A stretch of DNA of 64,000 nucleotides from contig CM022667.1 in NCBI GenBank assembly GCA_012295275.1, positions 18,600,001 through 18,664,000 on the forward strand, given 5' to 3'. This DNA comes from Chrysomallon squamiferum (lineage: Eukaryota; Animalia; Mollusca). The notes under the pieces are model-generated. The model made no database searches, had not been told where the DNA came from, and saw nothing but the letters and a program-made list of their open reading frames with translations. Shown in pieces: positions 37,733-52,207 of this stretch (the stretch's first letter is position 1; every line of letters starts with the position of its first letter). The translations under genes and the position numbers were made by a program.

Positions 37733-38269
37733 CTTGGAGAATTATTTTATCCGAGGATAGAGAACAAAACAGTAAATGTTTAGTTAATGACAAATTTTAT
37801 ATATATAAGATATTTCGATCATGTCTTTCGGATTTTAATTAAAAAAAAAAAAAAAAAAAAATAATAATAATAATAATAATTAAACAAAATAAATTTTAAA
37901 AAATAAAGTTGAAGGCCTAACGAAAAATTGCGCCTTTCGTTTGAAAAAAGTAAAAAAATAAGAAACACTGAATCACTGAGATGAAAACCTTTTCATTATT
38001 CTTTTTCAGAAACTTTTGTTACAGTTAAATTTCTTCTCAAAAACTGCTCCGAGAATTGTCGATTAGCCTTTCATTGTTATAGTAGAAACAGTATGTTTCA
38101 TTTGTTGACGTTTGCAGTCATCCATGTGAAACTTAACGTGATTGGTTAGAAAATAACCTGCTGCCATGTGTTTCCAGTTTGTATTTCGATAAATGTTATA
38201 ATAAGGTAGTAAGTGATAGAAGATAGATCAGTGCTTGATTTTAAATGCAAGTTGTTACATTTAGCAGAA

Positions 38270-38619
38270 ATGAGGAAAATTCCTGTTTGTAATACGATCT
38301 TTGCGTTTCTGATCAGCATCTGTTTACTATTAAATGTAGGCGTGGCCAATATCCAGAAAACTGTCAGTGCCAAAAAAACTCATGTCTGGGGTCCGGGCTT
38401 GAGAGCCGATTTCTTCGTTCCAGTCAGATATTTTTACATACATGCCGCAGACGAATCAGGTTTAAAGTGAGTAACTTTTTATTTTCATAAACGTAAATAA
38501 ATAGAAATTCAAATACTATATCTGTTACCAACTACTGAATTAACACTTTCGTTCATAATTATGATGATGATGATAAATTATAAATAAATGCATATAAGAA
38601 GTAAAATAAATAATTATTA

Positions 38620-38652
<33 letters not shown>

Positions 38653-40484
38653 TAATAATAATAATAATAATAATTATTATTATTATTATTATTATTATTA
38701 AATAAACAACGCTATGTTCATCACTTAATTTTTTTTAGATAAATTTAATTTATAAATATGTTTTTATTAGCCAGAAATACAGTGATTTATCTGCAAGTTA
38801 TAAGAAAAATATTTATGCAAAACCTAAATCAAGAAACCTGTTTCACCAACTCCAAAAGCTGAGATCATTATGTGATAAATATGTATTTTATAAACTATAT
38901 CAAAAATAATTGACTAAATACTGCACCTAATCAAAAAAAGTGTTATTCTTTTAATAACTGTTAGTTAATGATTTTGTAGCTGAGCTTCAGAGAACTAAGA
39001 TTAGTTTTATGTTCACTTTCAGTTCAGTAACAAACTTTAATCACCCATAACTGATTTCTGGTATGTACAAGGATTTTTAACAAGGTGATTCACTATTAAT
39101 TTGACTTACTTCATCAGTTCTTTGACAAATAGACATTTTTATTTTTTGAAAGTTTTATTGTATACATTGTTTTTCTTTTTTCACTATTTAGTTGAAAATG
39201 AAGCTGTTATTTGTAATGACAGAGACATGCTAATAAAAAAAAAAAATGAAAAAATGAATTACAGAACACTTGAATTGACTAAAATCTTAAGAAATTTGTT
39301 ACATTCAGTTAGCAGAAGGCTACAGACACAGAAACAGAAACACACAGATGCACTCTCACTCACATTTGTACATATACTCATAAATTTCATACATGAACAT
39401 ACAACAAGCACAAAAAACCCCACCTTAAACATTCATACAAATTTTGTAAATATTTAACACATTTATCAAAATTTAAAAAAAAAAAACATGATGAAGCATT
39501 TTTCATATGAAAGAATGACAAATAATTAAGTAATGTAGGATAATACTTGGAATAACATCTTTTATAAATATATTTGAACATGAAATATATTTCAAAATAT
39601 TAGGATAAAAAATTGTTCAGACATGCCCTTGCCATCTAGTAATAATATTTACAAATTATGTTTATACACATAAATATATATGATTTTTATCTTATCAGTC
39701 AATAGTTTTCATCTTTCTGATAAGTTATTTATTTATTTATTTATTTATTATGCATGAATTGTGCATGTGTATTATATTCAAAAGGAACTGTTTAAGACAA
39801 TAGAATTTGCAGTTCCGACATGACTAAGTCTAATGTTCTTCTGTAGTTGTGAAATATGTATGATGCAACAGTTGGATGTTGAGTTAGGTCAAAGTTTCCT
39901 GTGATTAATACATATGTATGTGTGTGTGTGTGTCTTATCTCTGTGAGTGTGTCACAGTCAATGTCATATAATCATGTGTTGGTGATTTGATTAGTTATGC
40001 ATATGTACTATTTCAAATTACATTTAATTTATTACCAGTTTGAAACATAGTTTATAGCTAACAATTTAAATACATTTTTTATTGATTTACTGAATTGATT
40101 TAACCATAGTTACGAATGTCTTGAAATAACAAAGTTCATCTGATTTAGAGAGAATTATTTAAAAATTAATTATTTAATTATATTTTTAAAATATATCTGT
40201 ACGAATACAGCAAAAACAGTTCATTTATCTAGAAAGCCTTTCACAATCTTAGAAAATTGGATATTTACCTGCTCAGTCTGCTAAAAGCACTTTAACAAAA
40301 TGAAATTGAACAATCAGCAGGATTTTCCATCTTCGGTTGTTGTGTGAAAATAATGTAATGGCACAGTGTAATAAATAAAATATGCTTTTTCTGCTCACTT
40401 ATACAGTGTGTTACTTAACACTTGAGTTATTCAAAAGTAATTCTGACAGATTTCTATGGGTGTTAAATGTACACTAAGTACAAT

Positions 40485-40533
<49 letters not shown>

Positions 40534-43500
40534 GTTTTTTATGTTAATAATATCATTTTGTTAATGTGTGACTGTAAATTTGTATTATGTTAACTTATTA
40601 ACACCATTGTGTATGTGTGTATTTGTAGTGTTTCCCCCAGTCACAGATAGAAAAAGGGGCATTTTTTTTTATACTACCTATCTTCAAAATGGCAGAATTG
40701 ACAAACTTTTGTGGATATTTGATGGTGCTAAAAAGTGTTGTTTGTACTTGTTTATTGGCACAAAAAATGGCTGTACTGGAGCTAAAAAGTGCTATTCATA
40801 TTTGTATTTTGGTTCTAAAAAGTTCTGTTTGTATTTGTTTATTGACACTTGACAAACTGATGCCTGCAATAATTATCAGCATGTTTTATTGAGAATTTAG
40901 GTAAATGGGCATCCTCAAAAAGGTGCTAGATAGGCCACCCTCCTATTGGCTTAAATGTCCGAACATTTTGAGACTTTTTGTTTGTTTTATCTTATACATA
41001 CAGAAATATGCACTGTTAATTATCATTTAGGAATATTTCTTCTTTTTTCACTTTTAAAAAAAATAATTATTCTAAGTTTTTCTAATGGTTATATCTGCAT
41101 GAAATTCCTGCCAGTCACAAAATAATTTCAGTATGTGTAATAAGCCTATGAAATATCTGAACAAAGTTTTTAATCTCATCTACTCTTAACTGTAGACGAG
41201 TAAGATTGTGTTCCACTTTCCATAATGAATACATTTTTATATTTATATAAGTGTAAAAGAAAGCCTGTCTATTTATTAAAATGTTTTGGAGGTTATGATG
41301 GGTGTTCTATATGCACACTTTGAGACTTATTATATTGGAGGATCTCTTTAGAATTTCACTAGAGTTATAAAAATAAATTCTAAATACATTTTTAAAAATA
41401 TTTCTTCTTCTTATTTAGATGTACCAGATATTAAAACTATCAAATAATTTGGTTATAGTTTTTGCAATAATAATAATCAAATATGTAGCTTAAAATCCAA
41501 AGCAACAGAAAGCAAGTAATAGTTAGGAGACACCAAATTATTTAATCGCAGTAATACATATTTTAACCATAATAAAATATATCAAAATGTCCTGGTAGCT
41601 GCATCAGAATTGTTGCAGTATTAAAATCTATAATGATATTCCAAATAGGAACACACACATTATTCAATCAGTGCCACACACACACACACACACACACACA
41701 CATAACTTAATCAACTATTTTTTTTTTAGCTATGATCAAAATCTGTTTTTATAATTACTGAATACTGTCGTCTAACTTAATTTTGTTTTATTAGTATTAT
41801 TATTATTTTTTTTTTATACTTTATGTATATATATATATTTTTTTTTTTTCAGATTCAGTGAATCAGTAGGAGAAAAAGCTTTCTCTGTAAACATTCATTC
41901 ATTTGATAGTGAAAAAGTACGAATCTGGTCCCAAGTTCTGGACAGACATGATGGTTCATATATTGTACGTTTCAGATGTTATGAAAGCATTTCTAATCTT
42001 ATAATTGATGTTATACATAATGGCAAACATGTTGCTGAATCACCTTATTCCATAACAGGTAATACTAATTATGCCATAGAATTATTTTTACAATATGACT
42101 GATCTGTTTTCTTTAATGTTTTGTTTATACAAGCAGAAATTAATGTATAACATATTGTTGTCCACCTAGATCTTACTGGCTTTCAGCATAAATTAACTGT
42201 TAACAAAACTATTAATTCACTAAAAGGATTTTTACTTTGAAATATAAGAACATATAATTATATATTTTATTTTTATTTTTATAAGTAACCTGATAATAAA
42301 ACATGAACAAAAAAATGTAATAGTAATAGTAGTAATAACTGATATAGTTTAAAAAAATTCTGAAGCTACAGTGGTTTATAAAAGATAAACAAAATACATT
42401 TGTTTTTGGTGAGAACTTTATGTGTGTTTAACAAATCTTTTAGGTAATGTGTATCATGAAAAGTGTTCATGTCCTCAGCCAAACATTACTGAGTTTTACA
42501 AACAGCTGGCCTGTCCAAGAAGTTACAGACAGATAAAACAAGACTTGGCCATATTCAAACACGTAGACATGAAGTCAGTGGCAACAGAAGCCATCTCCAG
42601 ATTTAACAATGCTGGTGCTCATAGCATTTGTCATTACAAAGTCATAAATAATAAGGTAGGTGATTCTACAATTTTATTATTATTTTTTATTTTTTTATTT
42701 CTGTTTTAATACTATACCTTAATAATACCTTATAAACACACTTTGAGCTTTCTTGAGCAATTTTATTTGTTTTATTGTCTCATCTTTTGAGTTTTAATCT
42801 GATTTTAATATGATACTTTTTACTGACCATATTTTAAATTTCCTCCAGCAATTTCATTTGTATAATTTTATAGTTATCCATTCATTTATATACGCAAATC
42901 TCACTTCCATATATATATATAAATACACACATACATATACACAGGGTGTCCCATAAAATTCCATACACAGGAAAAATAAATGTTTTTATATGAAAAACAT
43001 TTTTTATTTATATAATGTGCTCTACATGACTGCCATTATGTTGAAAACACATTTCAATGCATGCCCTCCACTGCTGAAGAACATGTTCAAGCACAGCTGG
43101 AGTTATCCTTGTATTGGCATTAGTGATACATTGCTTGAGATGATTTATGTTTTGTAACTTTTCCTGATACACCATGGCCTTCAGGTGCCCCCAAAGGTAA
43201 AAATCAAGTGGGGTAAGGTCGTGAGATCCGGGAGGCCATTCTACAGGATGACACTGACCAATCCACCCACCTGGAAACTGCTGATCTAACCACTGACATA
43301 CGTGAATACCAAATGTATGGAAACTTACATGACACCCTGTATATATATATATATATATATTTTTTAGACATACATAGGTAACTTCACATTTTCTAAAACA
43401 AAATTCTTTTAATTTTATTATTTCATTAATTTTTTTAATTACTAGTAGCAAAAATTGTAGTTATCCTGTAGTAACATTGTCATCTTAAATAAAATCGAGT

Positions 43501-46236
43501 TATAACATCTGATATAATGTGTATATTTAATTTTTATTAATTGACTTTTATTATAAATATTTTAATCTGACAATATCATCCCTGTCTTTTCTCGAGCTGT
43601 TTAATAAACTTTAGGGTTAAATGTTATGACAAAGTTCAACAGTCTGAGAATGATTAATCAAATCTCCAGATCTTAATTAAAATCCACAAAAAACATTTAT
43701 ATATGTTATATTTATTCCAGTTTCTAGAAAATTAAATCACAGACACAGACAGACACACACAAAAAGCTTCTATTTCATTTTATTTTTATTATTTATTTAT
43801 TAAATTATGTATTTAATAGTGTTTGTTTGTTTGTTTTAGTTCTTTTTTTCTTGAAAAATGTTTAAGAGTTCCTAATTTTATATAGCACGGAGAGAATTTT
43901 GCTTAACATAGTCAAAGTAAGAATAATAGAATTTAAAAAAAACCCTCATATTTATATGGTCAGATTTTTCACTTCGAAAGTTGATGGTGAAGAATATGGT
44001 ACTGTGAAAGAGTTTTTATAAAGTGAGTTTTTTAAATACGTAAAGTTAAAATTAAAGATGAATATGCATGTTCAGATCAAGAAGCTGCATGTAAACATAC
44101 TGGATTATACATAAAATGTATAACAGAATTTTAAAATATTGTAGAAGAAGTATACTGTAACAGGAAGATTTTTAACTTTGTAAGACAGCATCTATATAAC
44201 CTTTTCTTGAAAAACAGTTATTACAGAGACTCAAAAGAGAGTAACAATTTTTAATATGAGAGGATTTTCAAAATTTATGATTATTAATATTTATTTTTCT
44301 TTGATTTATTTATTTTATTTAAATTTATTTTTTATTATTTATTATAATACCTTTTTTTTTTTTTTGGATTATTATTATTATTGTTTTTGTTGATATTTGT
44401 TTGTTTCTAAGGGTTCCTTTTTTTTTCTTTTTTTTTTTTTAATATATAAAATAAAAAGATATCAAGGATTTTGAAAAAAACTGCTGCATGAATTAAATTG
44501 TATTTGGGTGACAGTTTCATTTTACACAATTTTGACCTAATGATTAACCATCTAATATAGGAGATGCTGCAATTAATAACTACAACTATTTTCTACCACT
44601 AACATTTAAAAAACAAAATTAGGGCAAAGAATTCTGTCTAGAACGTAAATTATCTTTATTATTTGCATTAAAAAAATATTCTTGCTTATTCAAGCAAAAT
44701 AATTACCTTTGAATGAAACTGAAGAATTAATACTCTGAATATACCTTTGTGACAGTATATTTGTGATGACAGATAAGATTCTGTGAATTGGATTTCTAAC
44801 CATATTATAGAAAGTTATTTTATTATATACATGATTTATTTAAGTTGAGTACTATTTAAAATTCTGTGGATAGCTGTTGAGCCAGTGCTTTGTAAAGCAC
44901 AGTTGAATTGTACATGAAAGATGCTTTCAAACATTTCATTTTAATATAGGGCTATTCCCAGGCACACCCAACATAAATAAAACATCTTTTATTTGGGACA
45001 GCTTCTTTTTCATAATAAAAGCATATATAGTTGCTTTGTGTTTACTTTCTTATATATATATATAATCTTTTATTATTAATATATATTTTTTTAATTTGTA
45101 ACAATTTTTTTTTTTTTTATCTTACTGTAATAGTCAGATGTAGTAAAAATCTGTAGTGTTTTTTTCAGCTAGAACAGTTTGACTTTTTATGATTCATTTA
45201 TATTTCAGTGACCGTTATTCTATTCATTTGTCTTTTTCTGCTTTTTTAATGACATCTGCCTTTGGTCCAATGTTCATATTATTGGCTTCTGGTCTTTAGG
45301 AGATATTTTGGAAGTAAATATATCAGGAATAAATTACAGCAGTATTTAATTTCTTGTAAAGTTGACACGTTTAACTGCAGTTTTTTTTATTCATGCTAGA
45401 TATGCTGTGAAAAACTTATCACCATTGATGATTTGCATACATCATTAAGCCAGATTAAAAACACTTGTTAATTAATAAAACAAGTATGCACAACTCATTA
45501 TACATGACTACTCATTACTGCTAACTTAAGGCTACTGACTATATTAAGGCAAGGCTATATTATAGTTATTCAGTTTTTATTTATAACTGACAATTTTTCT
45601 GATATCTGTACTTGAATGATAAATCATATAATATTCTAAAAGCTTGAATATTATAATTAGCTAGATTTTCCCCATGATTAGAATCAAATCAGATAAGCAA
45701 TGAAGTCATAGTTTTTGTGACATAATTTCTCTTTTAATTGAATTAAGGTATATTCTAACTAACAATATTACTGTATTTTAATGGTTCTGCCATAACTATT
45801 CATTTGTTACACAGATATAATGTGATAGTTGTTATATGTTTAGCAAAAAGTGCAGTAACAACTGGAGAAAAGTTAAAATTATAAAACGAAAAGCAATTTA
45901 CATTCAGCAACACTTATCATCAGGCACACATAAACAAAATGAAATAAGGCATCCCATTCAGAAAGGTCCATGGACTACAATTTGCTAATGACTGATTTAA
46001 ATCATAATTCTGTCATGAAGAAGGAAATCTTTGCTATTCAATAATATGTGATAAAATAGTACACAAGTTAGAATTTTAAAATATTTAAACTAAATAAACA
46101 GACTTTTTTTAATACTTGTTAAAACTAATTTTTCTTTGTTAGATATACCGAAAGACTTATGGACAACATGTTGGTTTTAAAATGTTTGTGGACAATATAC
46201 TTTTATCAATAGCTAAAAAGGTAAGAACACACACAG

Positions 46237-46270
<34 letters not shown>

Positions 46271-49200
46271 TTTTTTGACAGGGTTCTTAAAAATGTTTAA
46301 ATTTACAGCTGTATGAACAGTGATGTTTATGTGCCTATGTGTGTGCATGCATGCATATGTATATCTGTGTGTTTCTGAGTTAGTGTCTATAATGTAGAAC
46401 TTATTTTAAAATTCTGACCTATTTTTATATATATATATATATGTGTGTATATATTTCATAGAAAAAAAAAAAAAAAAAAAAAAAAACTATTTTATTTTGA
46501 TGTTTAATGATAATAAAATCAGTATATCAGTGTATGTGAAATTTACTGTATCATGTGTTTCCATATACATGCAGTAATTATTTTTATTATTTAAATTTTA
46601 ATATTAACTTGTCTAATGATTCATCAGAAAAATGAAATCATGATTTTTGCCATGATATATGTATAACATATAATTATTTTAATAACACAGGTAAACTTAC
46701 CAGACTTTGAATTCATTGTCAATCTTGGAGACTGGCCACTTGAAAAGAAAAAAGTTAATGATAATCCATTACCCATTTTCTCTTGGTGTGGTTCAGAGGA
46801 AACTCATGACATTGTCATGCCAACTTATGATATCACTGAAGCAACACTTGAGATGATGGGCAGGTACAGATTTTATATATATGTATATTACATAAAATGA
46901 AATAATTTTTAACACTAAAAACATATCTAAAATTTCTTGTGTAAAGATGTTTTGAAAAATGTTCTTGTGTTTAAATTAAGGATGTTTCCAAATTCTATAT
47001 CAACAATTTCAGTACAAGATCTTTGATGCCCAGCTGGATAAAAAATTTAGCATTTTGTCTTCTTTCACAAATGTATTTTTGTTTATTTGAATTATTTTAA
47101 ATTATTTGTAAATATCTGGATTTGCTTTCAACATAACATCGGTCTTTATTATTATTAATAATTTCTGTTACTGATAGCCACTACCACTAAACTATTACTA
47201 TTACATTTCTGCTATAATATTATTGCTGCTGCTACCTATAGTTGCCCACCACTACTACAACTTCAACTACTGTCACACTGTTACAGAAGTATTAGTAGAA
47301 CTACTGTTACTATTACAACTATTACTAATGATGCTCTTATGGTATTATTTTACTACAGTTATCAAGTACTATACTTTTATTAATCATTTATTATTATAGG
47401 GTATCACTGGATATGTTTTCAGTTCAGGCAAATACTGGTCCATCTTGGAATAAAAAACTGGATGTTGCATTTTGGCGTGGGCGTGACAGTAGACAGGAAC
47501 GTCTTGATCTTGTTGTGATGTCACGCAAACATCCACATATCATTGATGCTGCTCTCACAAATATGTTTTTTTTCAACAAAGATACAGAAAAATATGGAGA
47601 AATTAAACAGCATGTTTCATTCTTTGATTTTTTTAAGGTTAAAAGTGTTTGTTTTATTTTATTTTAAAATCATGTTTAAAAACTCCATATTGTCCTGTTT
47701 TTAACAAACTTTAAATGTAAAATCAAGTAGCATTGTTTTGTTTGTTTCTGGACATGATTACTAATTAAAATGTTTGATATGCTGATGCAAAGTCACTTAC
47801 ATTTTCTCTTTTCTCATTTATTAGTTAAGCAAAAATCACCAACAGAATGAGTATATGACTACTTTGTAACAGTTTACTCAGTCTGTCATTAATTACTATA
47901 TAGGTGTGTTTTACAGTAAGCTTGACAATGTATTAATTAAACTTTTGTTTCAGTATAAGTATCAGATAAATGTGGATGGAACAGTTGCTGCTTATCGACT
48001 GCCATATTTATATGGTGGTGATTCACTGGTGCTGAAACAAGACTCGCACTACTATGAACATTTCTATCACAATCTAAAACCATATGAGCACTACATTCCA
48101 TTCAAACACGATCTCAGTGACCTCATAGAAAAAATTCAGTGGGCTCAAGATCATGACCAGGAGGTAAATTTTAAGATTAATATTTCTTGATGGATTTATA
48201 TAATTAACTCCAGCTATAGGAATCTTCTACTATGCATCATTGCATTCGTGTACAACAGCATAATATTTTATAATCCACTTAATACCTTGAGAATACCTTG
48301 TGATATATCACTGCAGAAAATAATTGGCAGCCTATAAAGCTTGCAGGTCTACCATCATAATTTTAAATAAAATATAATATACATTATTCACAGTTGACTA
48401 CATTTCTGATATAACTTACAGCTGTTAGCTATAGTCATCTATATGAGACTGGCCATTTTGAAAGTGAATATTGCTAATCCATAATGTTAAGGCCACTCTT
48501 TCACTGATAAACATTCCTGTTGATTTCTGTTTTACAGTGTAAAATTTCAGTTTATGATTAGGAAGTACTTCCAACATATATAACATACGTTATTTGTATT
48601 CTATACAAATTGGATTAAAATGGTTTTTGCTCTCGTTATTTTAATACTTTTTTCTCACATATTATTAGGTGGCTTTTTGATGTTTTTTTACCAGGCACAG
48701 AAAATAGCAAAAACTGCACAGAACTGGGTTCAACATAACCTTAATCCTGCAGATATATTTTGTTACCATATTAAACTTTTTCATGTGAGTCTGCTATCTC
48801 TTTTTTCTTTTTCAAATCTAAAAAAAAAATATTTTAATGTTTACATACATATCATTGTATGGTAATCACTTTTATAAAAAAATTATAATAATAAAAATAA
48901 AAATATAAAATTCCATATGTGTGTATGTATGTAGGCATAAATTGTGAACATTATTTTTTTTTCATAAATTGTTTGACCAGATACTTAACCACCTTCTGTT
49001 AATGTAAACTTTAATAAAAGTAAAGCCAAATACCTTCTTGTTCACTTATTGTGAATAAGTTATTTGTTTTTACTTTGTTATACGAATAAGTGTTAATTTC
49101 ATATTACACACCACAAGCAAAAATTACTGTTCTTCATACAATACCATTCATCATTTTTTACATTATATATGTATATTATTTCATGTGCAAGTGGGTTTTT

Positions 49201-50203
49201 TTTTATAGAATTTCAATGGATGTGTACATGGGTGTATTTGTCTTGCTTGAAATGTGAATATTTTCTTGATTAATATAATACAATTCTTCAAAACCCTCAA
49301 AAACAAAGTGTGAAACATTGCAGATTGGGATTGCTAAAATTGATGACTTCATTAAAACACAAATAATTATCTTCTTAAAACCATCTTCACTTAATTTTAT
49401 TATTTTTTCTTTCTCTTCTTAGCAGTATAACTACGTTTATATATTTATTTGTAATGGGCAGTTTTCATGTAATTGATACAGGAATACTCGAAACTGCTGA
49501 AGAACAAGGTTGAAGTTGATGACAGTTTTGAGCTGGTGGAAACATTGAAAGACTCAGATTCATGGTGTGATTGTAAACCTTATAAAAAGGTACAAACCTT
49601 CTGTACATTCATCAAGCTTCTGCAGGCTATGTCTGTGATAGGGATGACTTAATCTTTTTAATAAAATGGGGAAGGGAAATAAACACAAATGTGAAATTCA
49701 TTTTAAATTTTAAGAAAGTAATCGTGTTCATGAAAAATACATTTGTTAAGAAGTAATGGAATTGTTCCATTATAATGTTCTCTAAGACTGCATACATTGA
49801 TGATATTCACGTTGTTTTTTTCAACTCTAATATTTTAAAACAGTGGAAATATTTAAATTTTATGTTGCATGAGTGTGTGTGTGTATATGTGTGTTTTTTA
49901 CCTCTCTCTCTTTCTCTCTCCCTCCCTCTCTCATTTTCTATCACCTGGCATGCTCAGATCACAAGGTTGCCAAATTAAAAATATCCAACCTTTAGTTACA
50001 ATTGTTAATTTCTTTTCCCATTATTATTATGTTGAAAATGGTGATGAATTCAGGTTGATTTTATGAATTTGGTTTTTTCTTTATTATTTCTTTTGTTTTG
50101 TAGCTTGAATATCATGATAAATGTATCATATTGTTAACTTATTTTTATTATTTATTTATCTTTTTATTTATTTTATTTATAGGTGGAACATGATGAATTA
50201 TAG
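38270..50203 (+). CDS. POGLUT2: Protein O-glucosyltransferase 2/3 (KDELC; filamin repeat + CAP10/GT90), complete, ends HDEL
   Basis: Exons 38270-38466, 41853-42058, 42444-42655, 46143-46220, 46691-46863, 47400-47637, 47954-48163, 48695-48784, 49482-49589, 50183-50203. Signal peptide, [86 protein letters not shown]2 versus POGLUT3 orthology cannot be resolved by eye. Confidence 0.93.
40605..40960. mobile_element. Possible non-autonomous DNA transposon fragment with short internal repeats
   Basis: Starts TAGTGTTTCCCCCAG (hAT-like terminus) and contains three diverged copies of TGGWKCTAAAAAGT..TTGT between 40723 and 40850. No matching opposite terminus found. Confidence 0.35.
42942..43339 (-). 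mobile_element. Internally deleted Tc1/mariner element (~400 bp)
   Basis: Imperfect ~27-bp TIRs CAGGGTGTCCCATAAAATTCCATACA / TGTATGGAAACTTACATGACACCCTG, flanked by TA-rich sequence. Internal transposase C-terminus [44 protein letters not shown]. Confidence 0.88.
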
Positions 50204-51040
50204 CTCCATCAGAAAAAGACTGATATTCTTTTGTAATAACAACTGCTAGTTTTATTTATTTATACATTATCTATTCATATATGGTCAACAAACTTTTAAA
50301 TTTAATTTTAAACATTTTACAATTTATTGGTTTTATTATATGTTCAATACAACTGAATTTTGACATTTAATCATGACAAACCTATGCAGTAGTTAATTTA
50401 GTTTTAAATTATGGTGGAACTGAGGTCTGTTGCTGGTAAATAACACTGACATCTAGTGGTTTTGTATTATCATGTTGTTATAATCTATTTGTATCTCACA
50501 TAAAAAAGAATAACCATTTCCTGCAGTTGATATTTATCATTCATTTTAAGATCTTATGGCGACAAATAAATATTATACACACAGAGAAAATAAAAAATCC
50601 CTTATATCAATACATTATTTAGGAAGAATTATTATTTTTAATTTTCTTTGGTTTGTTTTAAATTTTAATAATTTAATAATACAAAGTAAAATTTAATAAT
50701 AACTGAATGCATTGTTTTTAATTAACCACAAATTAAATTTATTTATTATATATGTTTAGAGCTGAAAAAGTAAATAAAATCTGGATCTGGATTTTTTGCA
50801 TGCCTCTATGCAACGTATTTTAATGCAATGTGAGTTTTCATTATAATTGTTATAAATGTTCTTTTCTTTTTTTTTCTTCTCCTGTGTTTGTTTGATTACT
50901 TAAATTTAAATTATTATTGTTGTTTTGAATTTCACTGAATGCATTTGTAATCAGTTTTTATATATATGTGATGGAACTTACCAAAAGTTAAACATTTTGT
51001 TTTATACAAAAAAAGAGTGTATATAAATCAATAAAATTTA

Positions 51041-52171
51041 TTAAGCAAATTTTGTTAATGTTGCTGTAATTTCATCCAAAAGTGTTTCAGGCTGAACATC
51101 AAGAAAGCTTGTATCAGTTTCCATCCAGTCTTCATTTTCTATCATTTGCATAACAATGTCTTTGACTCTGCTTAAGTCAAACAGAACTTGTTTCTTTTCA
51201 CAGAATCTCCAATGCAGATAGTGTTTTCTGTTATGTAGTAATTTTGTCACTTCTTGTTCACTAGACAGTCCTTCAGTCAAATCAAGGCACTTACTATTAT
51301 TCATCGGTCTTCTATTTTTTGATGTAGGAATTTCGAAACTGCTCTTTAATTGAGACTGTTTATTTAGATCATGATTGTCAATTTCTGCAGTACAACTGTT
51401 GCTTGTGTGTTGAATACAGTTTTCTGATAGTTTATCTGTTTTACTATTTTCATGAACACACTCATCTTTTTCGTATTTCAAAGGACTCTTGTTAAAAGAA
51501 AATGGTGAATGGCTGCTGGTAACTTCAGTAAAGCTTTCATTATTTGAAGATTTGACAGATACATCTCTAACAGCAACTGGACATGGATTCTCTGTGTTAA
51601 ACACAATGTCTCCTTCCTTGGATTGTTGGTTCTCTAACACACAGTTATTCTGACAGTCTAGAGATTTTAGTCTGTGTTGGGCAACTGACAGCAGTAATTT
51701 ATAAAAATCAACATAATTGGTTCCAAGACTGGCTTTTAAAATAAGCTGAAAAAACGAGAAAATTAAATTATGTTACTGATATTGCTGTAATTTTAACTGA
51801 TATAGTTTTACCCACTGCAAGAAAGAATAAAGTTAGCTTATTAATACAGAACTGTACAGCCCACAATGAACAAATTAAGATTAAAAACTGGTTAAAATAT
51901 TGATCAATCAAAAATACTACTTTGGTTATAAAATTTCATCTATTATTATAAGCTGACAGCAAACCATTTGGTTTGAAAGTTTTAAACCACCTGGCACTGC
52001 TGATGCCACTTCTCCATAGACTGGCAATCTGCAATCTCTTTTTTAACATCCGCCAAACTCTGCTTGATGAATTGCCAACAAATGTCAATGTTACATCCAT
52101 TCAGCCAGTTGTGGTTGATAGATATTGTGTCCTCCTTGATAACACAAAAAAGAATGAAAGAATGAATGTGT

Positions 52172-52207
<36 letters not shown>

